From Candidatus Bathyarchaeota archaeon (GTDB lineage: Archaea; Thermoproteota; Bathyarchaeia; Bathyarchaeales; Bathycorpusculaceae), in assembly GCA_963768425.1 (NCBI GenBank), contig CAVYHV010000006.1, positions 128,001 to 192,000 of the forward strand: a stretch of 64,000 bases of DNA. Reading direction: 5' to 3'. The translations under genes were made by a program, and so were the position numbers. Under the pieces are notes generated by a model. It was not told the origin of the DNA and did not search any database. It saw only the letters and a list, made by a program, of their open reading frames with translations. Below are positions 1 to 9,570 of this stretch, piece after piece; position 1 is the stretch's first letter, and the number at the start of each line of letters is the position of its first letter.

Positions 1-1
1 C

Positions 2-274
2 AAAGGCACCTACGTATGCAAACGCTGCAGGACTCCACTTTACCGTTCAGAAAACAAGTTTGAAGCCAACTGCGGGTGGCCAAGCTTCGACGAAGAAATT
101 CCGGGTGCTATAAAACGGCTGCCTGACCTTGACGGAATGCGGACGGAAATTGAATGCGCTAACTGCGGAGCCCATTTAGGTCACGTTTTCACGGGTGAAC
201 ACTTTACCGAAAAGGACACAAGGCACTGCGTGAACTCGATTTCGATGGATTTTATCCCTGACAAAAAAGAGTAA
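2..274 (+). CDS. msrB: Methionine-R-sulfoxide reductase MsrB, 5'-partial
   Basis: Manual translation KGTYVCKRC...CGWPSF...[17 protein letters not shown]...RHCVNS; two CxxC motifs and the catalytic RxCxNS motif. Confidence 0.95.
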   Translation, partial: KGTYVCKRCRTPLYRSENKFEANCGWPSFDEEIPGAIKRLPDLDGMRTEIECANCGAHLGHVFTGEHFTEKDTRHCVNSISMDFIPDKKE

Positions 275-403
275 AGCTCTTTTGTTTTTTGTTACTACTC
301 TAAGCTGTTCCATGGGGCGAAGGATCTTGGGATGTGCTTTCTTAATTTAGAGCTTTGATGGTTTTAAGCGAAACTTGAAACGATGGCAAATTTGGAAATC
401 TAG

Positions 404-1021
404 TCAGCCTAAGCTGTGGCCCCACTTTTCCCTAAAACAATATTCATCAAGCGGCTTCCTTACTGGTGCCGCTGGCTCCTCAGCAGGGTAACCCAACATA
501 ATTAACGCCTCGGGCTCAACTTCCTTTGGAATCTCCAGGGTTTCCCGAACGGTTTGCTTGCAGAAACTGGGCGCGCAGAACCAGCATGTCCCCAAACCCA
601 AGCTATGCGCCGCCAACAACATGTTTTGCACGGCCGCCGCCAAGCTTTGCATCGCCAAATCCCGCTCTATTCTCTGCTTTTCATCGTCAGGGAGCTTCGC
701 CATGCCATCCATGCAGAAGCATGCGAGCACTAGTGCAGGTGCATTGACAAATCTTTCGACTCGAAGCTTAAATGTTTTAGGCTCAATGTAGACTCCTTCT
801 TTTGCCGCTTCAGAAGCCCACGTATCTGCCATAGTCTCCGCCAGTCGCCTCTTCGCCTGCGGATCCGCCAAAACTATGAATCGCCAAGGTTGAGCGTTAT
901 GCGCTGAAGGAGCCCAGCGTGCAGCCTCCAAAACCTCCCTGATCAACTCTTCTGGAACCTGTTTGTCAAGGTATTTCCTGACGCTCCGGCGAGCCCTAAG
1001 TTCGTTCAACAACTTTGACAT
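404..1021 (-). CDS. Nitroreductase family flavoprotein
   Basis: RRSVRKY, APSAHNAQPWRF, LGLGTCW motifs. Confidence 0.9.
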   Translation of the reverse strand: MSKLLNELRARRSVRKYLDKQVPEELIREVLEAARWAPSAHNAQPWRFIVLADPQAKRRLAETMADTWASEAAKEGVYIEPKTFKLRVERFVNAPALVLACFCMDGMAKLPDDEKQRIERDLAMQSLAAAVQNMLLAAHSLGLGTCWFCAPSFCKQTVRETLEIPKEVEPEALIMLGYPAEEPAAPVRKPLDEYCFREKWGHSLG

Positions 1022-1070
1022 GGCTAGAGCTATGTCAGCTTTTCTTTTTATCTCTTAAGAAAAACGCAGC

Positions 1071-2309
1071 CTAATTCTTGTGCTTAGGTTTCTTGACGTA
1101 AACTAACAAACCGGCACTCAATGCAACAGCACCTACTGCCCCTGAAACGGCGGCAATAATTGCAGTTGGGAAAGGCTCTGGCTTCGATACTGTGAAGTTG
1201 ACGGTTTGGGAAGCGCCTATGTCTCCAAATGTGTCGTTAGCGTATATGACAAGAGTGTGCAAGCCATTTGTCATGTTTGCGATATTAGTGTTGCCCGTTA
1301 TGGTTACATTTTGTTTTCCGTCGAGACTGTATCCCATCCAAGTAACAGCCTTATCGACTGCGAAAACCAACGGAACAACTGACGCATTGTATTTCTTGTC
1401 TATGGGCGACTGAACTGATATTTTTGGTGAAACTGTTTCTATTGCATAGAGCGTGCTGTTGAAGGGTTTCACGAGGGGATAGCGGTCCATGTTCTTTGGA
1501 TCTATGACGTAGGGCAGGTTGGCTATTCCCGATGTGCTGCGTCCGTCCGCGTTAGGATATTTGGTCCAATAGTCGCCCCAAAAGTTTCCGCCGTTAGGGT
1601 AACCATCATCCCAAATGTTAACAGAACCCGAAACTTCAGCCTGTGTGGTGCTGTTAAGGATGTTGTTGTGGTAAATGGTGTTGTTCGAAGCCTCCCCAAA
1701 ATAAATTCCCGTGCTGTAAAGACCACAGGAACTCCAGTCGCCTACGATATTGTTTCCGACAACTTGGTTATGTGAGGTGCCAAAGAAAGTGATACCATCG
1801 AGGTTGTAGGTAATGTTGTTTTCAGCTATAACGTCTGAAGTCCCCCCTTCAACATCGATTCCAGCAAAAAGAAAACCATTCATTGCCTGAATGCTCTCAA
1901 ATCCTGTTACTGTATTATTGGCTACAACAACTTTTGATGAATCGATTAATTGAATGCCTACCGAGGCACTTGCATCTTCAATGAATACGATTGTGAAGTT
2001 TTTCACGGTTACATTTGACACTTCATTCAATGAAAGATCGCCATATGCGGTGTACCCTTTTCCAAAGAGGGTATATCCGTTTCCATCAAGAATAGAGTTA
2101 CTTCTGTTCACAGCTATGCTCCCATAAACATTGCTTGTCAAAGTGTAGGTGCTGCCCGTTTGCTGAATGGGCGCTGTCGAAGGAGTTACGTTGCCATCGG
2201 CATTAATGGTAAAATCGTCGGAACTCTGAGCCTTAACGATTCCACTGCAAACGGCTCCGAGCGCCAGAAGACAGACGAGAATCAGAGTAGCGGCTGACGT
2301 TTTCTTCAT
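1071..2309 (-). CDS. Secreted parallel beta-helix (NosD/PbH1-like) surface protein with Ig-like domain and C-terminal anchor
   Basis: Signal peptide, N-N-I repeats, WDDGYPNGGNFW, D-R-Y-P-L, PEPFPT + TM + basic tail. Confidence 0.85.
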   Translation of the reverse strand: MKKTSAATLILVCLLALGAVCSGIVKAQSSDDFTINADGNVTPSTAPIQQTGSTYTLTSNVYGSIAVNRSNSILDGNGYTLFGKGYTAYGDLSLNEVSNVTVKNFTIVFIEDASASVGIQLIDSSKVVVANNTVTGFESIQAMNGFLFAGIDVEGGTSDVIAENNITYNLDGITFFGTSHNQVVGNNIVGDWSSCGLYSTGIYFGEASNNTIYHNNILNSTTQAEVSGSVNIWDDGYPNGGNFWGDYWTKYPNADGRSTSGIANLPYVIDPKNMDRYPLVKPFNSTLYAIETVSPKISVQSPIDKKYNASVVPLVFAVDKAVTWMGYSLDGKQNVTITGNTNIANMTNGLHTLVIYANDTFGDIGASQTVNFTVSKPEPFPTAIIAAVSGAVGAVALSAGLLVYVKKPKHKN

Positions 2310-2509
2310 CTCATCTGTCCTTCAATCATTGGTTGCGTCACAGCTTTGCGTTTCTTGAAGTAAATCAATAATCCGGCAGCCACAACTGCTACTGCTATTA
2401 TGCCTGAAATAGCGGCGACAGTTGAGGTGAGGAAGGGCACGGGCTTAGCCACAAGTATGCATGACAGAAGGAAGAGGATAGCAAGCATTAAGGCGCAAAC
2501 TTTGCTCAT
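2306..2509 (-). CDS. Signal peptide fused directly to a membrane anchor (probably an internally deleted surface protein)
   Basis: Two hydrophobic segments only; anchor resembles that of 1071..2309. Confidence 0.55.
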   Translation of the reverse strand: MSKVCALMLAILFLLSCILVAKPVPFLTSTVAAISGIIAVAVVAAGLLIYFKKRKAVTQPMIEGQMR

Positions 2510-2637
2510 GCTTTTCCCGTGAAGTAGAGTTGTGCTCTGTGCGGATTAAAGGGTTTTTGTCAAGGTTTCTGAACTAATTGCAATCAGGTTTAGTATAGAT
2601 TTCTTGACAAAGAAAACAAAGGCCACTTTTTGTTGCA

Positions 2638-3675
2638 TCAAGCCCGGTTTGGTTCCAATATCACTTTGAGCGATTGCCCCGCCTCAGCCATCAATCTGAA
2701 ACCTTCCTGTGCCTGGCTTAGCGGGAGCCTATGCGTAATCATGTCTTTGACGTCAAGCTGTTTCGTTCCCAGAACCCGAAGGGAATCTTCCAGGTCGTTT
2801 GGCGCGGCGCCGTAGCTTGTCTGCATCCTTATTTCGTTTCTCCAGAACTGGTTAATGGGCACAGGCAGCTTCACGGAGGGATCGGGTACGGCGAAGAACA
2901 GGATTGTTCCTCCGTTATCCACGCAGTCCAGTGCGGAGAGCGAGGCGGATGTTGCTCCTGTGCAGACAACAACTTGGTCAGCTAAGTGCTCATCGTTTAT
3001 TTCTTTGAGCTTGGCAGGCAGGTTGTCTTTGGCGTTTAAGGCGTAGGTTGCTCCGAATTTTTTGGCGAGCTCCAGCCTGTACGGGTTGATGTCGGCGACA
3101 ATGATGTTTTGTACGCCTTTGAACTTGGCAAGCTGGGTGTGCAGGATTCCTGCGATGCCGCTGCCGATAATCAGCAGCGTGTCGTCTTTTTTCAGGTCAG
3201 ATAAGCGTTGACCCCGCGAAACGCATGCTAACGGCTCGATAAATGTGCCTTCTTCATAGGACATGTCGTCGGGCAGCTTGTAGATGCCGAAGTTAATGTT
3301 TATTTTCGGTACCCGGATGTACTGGGAGAAGCCGCCTGGAAAATAATTTGTGGTGTGCAGCGTATGGCAAGCCGTGTGAAAACCTCTTTTGCAATAACGG
3401 CATTGATTACATGGAACATGGTGAGAAACGAAAACGCGATCGCCCACTTTTACGCTTTTGACTTTGCCGCCGACTTTGTCGATTACGCCTGTTGCCTCAT
3501 GACCCAAAACAATCGGAGCCTTAGGCACACGATACCATTCTATAACGTCGCTGCCGCAGATACCGCTTGCTATAACCTTAAGCAAAGCCTCATCCTCCCC
3601 GATCTGTGGGATCGGCACATCTTGGATGCGGACATCATTGTTATTATAGTATACAGCGGTCAGCATGTTCTTCAC
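2638..3675 (-). CDS. Zn-dependent medium-chain alcohol/polyol dehydrogenase
   Basis: GICGSD, GHE, structural CxxCxxC...C, GSGIAG Rossmann motif. Confidence 0.92.
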   Translation of the reverse strand: MKNMLTAVYYNNNDVRIQDVPIPQIGEDEALLKVIASGICGSDVIEWYRVPKAPIVLGHEATGVIDKVGGKVKSVKVGDRVFVSHHVPCNQCRYCKRGFHTACHTLHTTNYFPGGFSQYIRVPKININFGIYKLPDDMSYEEGTFIEPLACVSRGQRLSDLKKDDTLLIIGSGIAGILHTQLAKFKGVQNIIVADINPYRLELAKKFGATYALNAKDNLPAKLKEINDEHLADQVVVCTGATSASLSALDCVDNGGTILFFAVPDPSVKLPVPINQFWRNEIRMQTSYGAAPNDLEDSLRVLGTKQLDVKDMITHRLPLSQAQEGFRLMAEAGQSLKVILEPNRA

Positions 3676-3696
3676 CGAAAAAGTGATTGCAGCTGA

Positions 3697-4491
3697 TTAG
3701 GCTTTGCCAGCTTTTACCTGTTCGTAGAGGTCCATTGCTTCCTGCGGAGTGTAGCCGTCGTGGACAACTGCTCTTATGCCCCGTATGGCGGCGACTGGGC
3801 ATTCGGTTTGCCAAACGTTGCGGCCTAAGTTGACGCCGATTGCGCCTGCTTGCATGCCTTCGTAAACGAAGTCGAAAACTTGTTTTTGGGTTTCAGTTTT
3901 GGGTCCGCCTGCCATGACAACTGGCACAGGGCATCCTTCAACAACCTTGTGGAAGTTTTCGCAATAGTAGGTTTTGACGACGCGTGCGCCTATTTCCGCG
4001 GAAATCCTTGCTGCCAACGCCAAGTAGCGTGCTTCTCTTTTTTCAAGTTCTTTCCCAACTGCTGAAACCGCCATGACCGGGATTCCGAACTCCTCGCATT
4101 CATCAACGAGTTTTGCTAAGTTGCTTAGGCTTTTGTTTTCGTATTTGCTTCCCACGAAAACTGACATGGAGACGGCGGAAGCGTTTAGCCGTAGGATTTC
4201 TTGCATAGATGTGACGATGCTTTCGTTAGCTAAATCTTCGCCGACAACGGAGACGGCGCCTGAAACACGCATGATGATGGGTTTCTCGATCGCGGGGTCG
4301 ATGCAGTTGCGCAGGACGCCACGAGTTAACATTAAGGCGTCTGCGTATTGGTAAATCGGTTTGATTGTTTCGCCGGGCTTCTCAAGGCAATGGGTTGGTC
4401 CCTGGAAGTAGCCGTGATCAATCGGTAAAAAGACTGCTTTTCCGTCTTTCTGGATAAGTCGGCTTAACCTGTTTTTCATACCCCACTCCAT
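3697..4491 (-). CDS. lsrF: LsrF-type class I aldolase/thiolase (DhnA family)
   Basis: MEWGMKNRL, DHGYFQGPT, VKTYY Schiff-base Lys, AGGPK, GRNVWQ. Confidence 0.85.
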   Translation of the reverse strand: MEWGMKNRLSRLIQKDGKAVFLPIDHGYFQGPTHCLEKPGETIKPIYQYADALMLTRGVLRNCIDPAIEKPIIMRVSGAVSVVGEDLANESIVTSMQEILRLNASAVSMSVFVGSKYENKSLSNLAKLVDECEEFGIPVMAVSAVGKELEKREARYLALAARISAEIGARVVKTYYCENFHKVVEGCPVPVVMAGGPKTETQKQVFDFVYEGMQAGAIGVNLGRNVWQTECPVAAIRGIRAVVHDGYTPQEAMDLYEQVKAGKA

Positions 4492-4598
4492 AACAATTCC
4501 TCGAGGGGATTCTCTAGTTCAAGGTTTATTAAAGTATTCGTTTGGATTTTATTTTAGGTTAGGAACCGTTTCTTGCGATCAGTTTTCTACGCTTATTT

Positions 4599-4727
4599 TT
4601 ACTGCTGCTTCCACGTCTTTTTTCCTTTGTTTTTTGTTTGGCCCTTTACTTCGTTTTTAGGTTTATTTTTTGTTTTGTTCTTGATTTTTAATGCCCTCCT
4701 TACACGCTCTCCCCTTTCAATGAGCAT
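4599..4727 (-). CDS. Possible 42-aa Lys-rich microprotein
   Basis: Manual translation MLIERGERVRRALKIKNKTKNKPKNEVKGQTKNKGKKTWKQQ; low complexity, may be non-coding. Confidence 0.25.
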   Translation of the reverse strand: MLIERGERVRRALKIKNKTKNKPKNEVKGQTKNKGKKTWKQQ

Positions 4728-4838
4728 GCACCCTTATTCGCCTTTGCTTATCTTAGAACGAACAAATAATGCCCAATGGAAAACCAAACAGGTAAATTAT
4801 TATTCATTATTATTGAAGCGTCTTAGGGCATAGTGTTT

Positions 4839-5171
4839 TTATTTCTTTGCCAAAGTCTCTGGGTCAAATGGCTTGAGTTTTCCTTTTTCGTCTGTAATGT
4901 ACAGTTGAAAGTCGTATTCTCTGCAGTAGTTCTTGAAATCTCTCCATTGCGTTTTGTCGCCTTCAAAATCTTTTTCATTTACTATTTGGCAAATTCGTTT
5001 CAGACAACCTTTATGCGCCAAAACATCTGGGATAATTCCGCCGACCTCCGAAGGTTTTTCCCATCCTTCAGCATTTGCCTTAACCAGCCAATTATCTTTT
5101 TTTAGGTCTTCAGCAATAGTCCTAACACATGAATCATGGTTGTCTAACTCTTCAGGTTTTTTCTTGATCAT
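4839..5171 (-). CDS. Hypothetical protein, possible degenerate PD-(D/E)xK fold
   Basis: H...V..IAEDLKKDNW, IIPDVLAHK pattern. Confidence 0.6.
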   Translation of the reverse strand: MIKKKPEELDNHDSCVRTIAEDLKKDNWLVKANAEGWEKPSEVGGIIPDVLAHKGCLKRICQIVNEKDFEGDKTQWRDFKNYCREYDFQLYITDEKGKLKPFDPETLAKK

Positions 5172-5372
5172 TAAAAACTCCTCTATTTGTTATCTTGAAA
5201 TGTTTTCTAAAGATTTAAAGTTAAACTAACAGAGCAATCGCACCTGTGCCAGGCGACAGCCTGATTATTTTAGAAAATTGAGTGATGAAGTCTGATCATA
5301 GCCTGCAAAGAAAGATGTTAAGTGTGGTTTTAACCAATGTTTCGAAAACTGATATTTTCCGATTAACAAAAC

Positions 5373-5957
5373 CTACGAATTCCGCTTCAATCGGTAACAA
5401 TCCGGGTCTTCAATCAGGTTAGCCAACGCGAATCTCTCAGCCAAAAATCTGTCGACGAAAACGCTGTTCCTTTTCATTCGTTCCATTTCCCAGTTTGTTC
5501 CTTGCTTGAGCTGTTGCGGGGAAACTTTGGTGTCTGGTCTTGGAAATCCCAGTGACTGCATTTTCAGCGGATCAATATGGGTTCTAATCGATATGTTTCT
5601 GTACCACTTTTCCGCCGGCGTCTTAGGCTTGGCTATTGCCCAAGCGTTTTTCTCATTCTGTATCTCCTCGTCAAATTCTGGAAACACCTGCAAGCTTTCG
5701 TCGAGGATGTGCCCGAGTTCATGTCTTATTATTAGTTTGGTTGTGTTGCTTAGTTTGCCAGCGTTTATGTCTCGTTTTACGGCTATCTTGACGTATTTTT
5801 CTGTGGCTTCCGATACGCCTCCTGTGTCGTAGGCGTCAACGGCTATTATGTCCACCGCATTTAGTTTTTTTAACGCTAAGTCACCGTACTCGGCTTTCAA
5901 AAAGTGTCTTGCATAAGTTTTCATTTGTTCTTGAATGGTTTCCGCAGTGGTCTCCAA
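5373..5957 (-). CDS. Hypothetical protein with HExxH metallopeptidase-like motif
   Basis: IIRHELGH followed by a downstream E (NEKNAW). Confidence 0.65.
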   Translation of the reverse strand: METTAETIQEQMKTYARHFLKAEYGDLALKKLNAVDIIAVDAYDTGGVSEATEKYVKIAVKRDINAGKLSNTTKLIIRHELGHILDESLQVFPEFDEEIQNEKNAWAIAKPKTPAEKWYRNISIRTHIDPLKMQSLGFPRPDTKVSPQQLKQGTNWEMERMKRNSVFVDRFLAERFALANLIEDPDCYRLKRNS

Positions 5958-6082
5958 ATGCCTTCTCCCAGCTTAAGTCCTAAGACAAGAGAATTGATTT
6001 AACGGGTATTCTAATCGCCAGAATATTCTGGTTCTTGATATAACTCTTTAAAACTAAAAACTAGCAAGCTCGGGTTTGCTTT

Positions 6083-6463
6083 CTAAATTTGTCGTTTTTC
6101 AGCTTGCTTTTCGTGCTCTTGTTTGTAATGAGCCAATGCATTCTCGATCAGGTGTTTTCGGTCTTTATATTTGCGTTTCCCAACCTGTTGGTCAACCCAG
6201 TCAACCAAAGCCTTATCCAAGTTAACCAAAACTGTCCGCTCATCATCCTTCATTTTTTCGCTGATAAGCACCACGTAGCCTTTTTCTATGAGCCAATGGT
6301 GGAACTGCCATGTGGAGAAAAGACAGGCTGCGCTGCATTTTTTTCTTGTCTGCTCGTAAACGGGTGAACCCTCTGAGAGGCTGGTGAGTTCGATTTGAAC
6401 AGGGCATTTTACATCTTTGCAGAATTCTCTGCGCTTGTATTCAGCGAATCCTTCAACCGTCAT
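6083..6463 (-). CDS. Cys/His-rich domain plus C-terminal ribbon-helix-helix-like domain
   Basis: C-x4-C...C-x3-C...FHHW; C-terminal VNLDKALVDWVD...YKDRKHLIENAL. Confidence 0.65.
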   Translation of the reverse strand: MTVEGFAEYKRREFCKDVKCPVQIELTSLSEGSPVYEQTRKKCSAACLFSTWQFHHWLIEKGYVVLISEKMKDDERTVLVNLDKALVDWVDQQVGKRKYKDRKHLIENALAHYKQEHEKQAEKRQI

Positions 6464-6552
6464 TTTCCTTCGAGCCTAACTCGGCTTTAATCTTAATAAG
6501 CCTTGTTTTGAGGAGCTGAAAAACTGAGATGCGCTTTTAAGGCGGAATTTCA

Positions 6553-7203
6553 ATGTGTTGTTTTATGCCTAAGCTTTACCTTTTAGGCGGAGAAAACGTC
6601 GCGAAACGAACAGCTTGGGAAGTAAACGAAAAAGCCTTCCGTGACGCGGGTGAACATGCCGTTGTGGTGGTGTTTCCTTGGGCAAGAGCATCTTTTGACA
6701 GAAAATACGAGAAAAGAAAAATTCTCACCGATTATTTCATCAGCCTCGGCGCAAGAACCGTGGATTTCGTGGGCTACTCTGACCTATCTGAAACAATCTC
6801 TCAAAAGATTGCTGCGTCAAACTTAGTTTATCTGACAGGAGGATACGTCAACGCTCTAGTTGAACGCCTAAGGAAGAGACACGTGGATAAGTTGCTTCGA
6901 GATTACCATGGCGTCATCGTTGGGAGAAGTGCTGGCGCGTTGGCTCTTTGCAAAAAATGCGTAATAACCTGCCACAGCAACCAGAAAATCAGGTTGGTAG
7001 AGGGTCTTGGCTTAGTCAGTCTTTCCCTTAAAGCTCATTATAAAGCGCAAAAAGACGACGCTTTGCTTCGTCTGTCCAAAGGCGAGAAAATCTACGCTGT
7101 TCCATCAAGGTCAGCAATCGTTTACACCGACGGCGTCTGCTCCGTTATCGGGGAAGCTTACATTTTTGAAAATGGAAAAAAAACACAGGTTACAGCGTTC
7201 TGA
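6553..7203 (+). CDS. Peptidase E / S51 family (class I GATase-like fold)
   Basis: YLTGG, GRSAGA nucleophile elbow, downstream HY. Confidence 0.85.
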   Translation: MCCFMPKLYLLGGENVAKRTAWEVNEKAFRDAGEHAVVVVFPWARASFDRKYEKRKILTDYFISLGARTVDFVGYSDLSETISQKIAASNLVYLTGGYVNALVERLRKRHVDKLLRDYHGVIVGRSAGALALCKKCVITCHSNQKIRLVEGLGLVSLSLKAHYKAQKDDALLRLSKGEKIYAVPSRSAIVYTDGVCSVIGEAYIFENGKKTQVTAF

Positions 7204-7273
7204 GTCTGTTGTCAAGCAGGGTTAAAACTTAAAAGCGAACCCGACCAACGTTTATCAAGAAGAGGCGGCATCA

Positions 7274-8161
7274 ATGTCGGTTCCTTCATATAACATAGCT
7301 GATGGTTTTGAAGCATCATATGGTGTTTCTCCGGATGGAAACACAATTGTTGCCGTGAGGTGCCACAAACCCCTCAAATTCCGAGAAATCTACGTTGGAA
7401 CAGGCAGCTTAGCATTCCGTTGGGTTTCCAATGGCAAAAGTAGGTCGTGGCAGTTTACTCCTTCGCTTGTAGATCCAACGCCTGCACCGCACTCAGAAAC
7501 TTTAGCGGACGACGGAGTAACCCAAATAATCAATGTGAACCTATGCGGCAAGATATTTCCCGCATCGGGGCTAGTCGACGTGAACGTGGACGGCGAAATC
7601 GTTGCGCCCGCAATCCACTTCGACGTGCCGCATGCTTATGACCTCTGGGTTTTTCTTCTGCGTTCCCCGTGGTTTCCCCTCAAGATAGCCGTTGAAAAAT
7701 CGTCGCTTAACATAGCGCATAACATGGCTCAAGCAGCGGCTCAAATTGACAGCATCAATGTAAACGGGGGCGGCGAGCAGATGCTACGCGGGGATTTGTC
7801 AGTTCACGGCGAAGGCTTCCAACGGGTCAGGCTTTCAATGCATAGAAGCACAGAAAACTCCTCTCTCGAGGAGCAACTTGGCGAAGTCACCGACGGCATG
7901 CAAACCTTCACTTGGAAGCCCGCCATAAGCAGCTTTAACCTCATGTTAGTAACGACTTCCTATGGGCATCTGGGTGCGTTTGTGGATTTCTTGAAGTATA
8001 TGGGGGCGACTATTGTTCCAAGCAGCTTTTTTGGGCCCTCCCTCCAAAGCCCCTTTTTGCTTTCTGACGGCTTAAACATGACTTACCGGTTGAAGCTAAC
8101 TGGGGACAAGCATATTATAGGGCACGAAAAAGACGAAGCAGCGGTTACGCTTAGGCCTTAA
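7274..8161 (+). CDS. Hypothetical beta-rich soluble protein
   Basis: 295-aa ORF with upstream GAGG; no family recognised. Confidence 0.65.
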   Translation: MSVPSYNIADGFEASYGVSPDGNTIVAVRCHKPLKFREIYVGTGSLAFRWVSNGKSRSWQFTPSLVDPTPAPHSETLADDGVTQIINVNLCGKIFPASGLVDVNVDGEIVAPAIHFDVPHAYDLWVFLLRSPWFPLKIAVEKSSLNIAHNMAQAAAQIDSINVNGGGEQMLRGDLSVHGEGFQRVRLSMHRSTENSSLEEQLGEVTDGMQTFTWKPAISSFNLMLVTTSYGHLGAFVDFLKYMGATIVPSSFFGPSLQSPFLLSDGLNMTYRLKLTGDKHIIGHEKDEAAVTLRP

Positions 8162-8393
8162 ACTTCTGTAACCTGCGTTTGTGCCAAACGGCTAGGGCGA
8201 CGGCTACGAAAATCAGTATCAGCGTCAATGCACCTAGGACCGTAAGGGGAATCCTAAAGGCTGGTTGATCCTGGAGAACGTTTGTAGTCGGTAATCCGCC
8301 CAAATAAGCTGCTAGGAAAATAACGACGAAGACCGCGCCTACTCCCTCAATAGAGTATAAAACCGCGGTTAGGTTCTTGTTTTCTAAAGCCAT
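8151..8393 (-). CDS. Small two-TM membrane protein
   Basis: Two hydrophobic helices and a basic tail. Confidence 0.7.
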   Translation of the reverse strand: MALENKNLTAVLYSIEGVGAVFVVIFLAAYLGGLPTTNVLQDQPAFRIPLTVLGALTLILIFVAVALAVWHKRRLQKFKA

Positions 8394-8564
8394 TTTTCTG
8401 AACCTTCTTTTGTGTGTGGTTAAGGATTAAGGTTGATTTGTATTTAACGTTAACCTTTGTCGGCTTCAAGCTGGCAACCCATACAGATTTTCAAGTGTGT
8501 CTACGCTTAACCGCAAATGTAATATAGTTTAGAGACCGAGTTTTGATGTGTTATCGGTGAATGT

Positions 8565-9515
8565 ATGGCTTCCCAAAAATTCTTCTCGCCGTTGAAAGCA
8601 GGTTTATTCATAGTTGTCTTATCTTATTTTCTGTTTGCTCTGCATGATGCCTTCACGCTTTCTTGGATAGGCGAGTGGAACCGCTTTTTTGTAGGACACT
8701 TTATCTTTGAAGTCTACGCTGAAGACATCATCGGCTTCGTCGGAGCTCTTTTCCGATTTGCAGCCGGTATCGTAGCAATAACAGCAATCATATATTACTT
8801 CGCCAAAAAAGGCATCTCCAAACCCGCAACCTTCAACGCACTTCGACTCATAGTGATTTTTGAAGGAATCTATTGGGCTCTAGCGTTCCTTCCAACAGCA
8901 TATTTTGAAAACAAAGACCTGTTCTTCACCGGAACTTTTGGCCATCTTTCCGCAACAGCTTTCCTTAACACTTTTGCGATAAATGCGCTGCCTCTCTTAG
9001 TTGAATCCATAGTCACTCCAATCCTCCTCTTCATTCTTGCCTACAAACTCAACCCGAACAAACCTTTGAAGGGCGCGATACGCTGGGGAATGATTACGGG
9101 AACGTTTTATGTTTTCTTGTTTTGGCTACTTAACACAACCATATGGATTTCCGTGATAGACGAGCCTGGAAAAGGAACAGCTTACTTAACCTCAACCCCT
9201 CAATACCTTGTCAGTTTTGTTTTAAGCGCTTTCGGACTGCTGCTTCTTGGAATTTACGCTGCGGGCTTTACTGCAAAATCGAGAAGGGCGCAAACTCTGC
9301 AAGAACTAAGTCTCAAAACAGTCGGCGTCATTATCCTAGCTCTTGGTATGTATTTCCTCTGGAACTATTTAACGTGGATTTTCTTCGGAGGATGGAGCAA
9401 CTGGTTCGCATGGTTCCTTGGACACAACGAGGACCTCTGGGCTCTGGCGCTTCCGCTGCTTGGATTGCCGCTGCTTTTCGCAGATAAACCTCAAAAAGAA
9501 AGCGCTGCCGTTTAG
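8565..9515 (+). CDS. Polytopic membrane protein
   Basis: About 8 hydrophobic segments. Confidence 0.8.
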   Translation: MASQKFFSPLKAGLFIVVLSYFLFALHDAFTLSWIGEWNRFFVGHFIFEVYAEDIIGFVGALFRFAAGIVAITAIIYYFAKKGISKPATFNALRLIVIFEGIYWALAFLPTAYFENKDLFFTGTFGHLSATAFLNTFAINALPLLVESIVTPILLFILAYKLNPNKPLKGAIRWGMITGTFYVFLFWLLNTTIWISVIDEPGKGTAYLTSTPQYLVSFVLSAFGLLLLGIYAAGFTAKSRRAQTLQELSLKTVGVIILALGMYFLWNYLTWIFFGGWSNWFAWFLGHNEDLWALALPLLGLPLLFADKPQKESAAV

Positions 9516-9570
9516 GCCCGTTTTGGGCAACTTTTTTTAAACAGTTCGGCAGCATACACCTTGATTTGCT

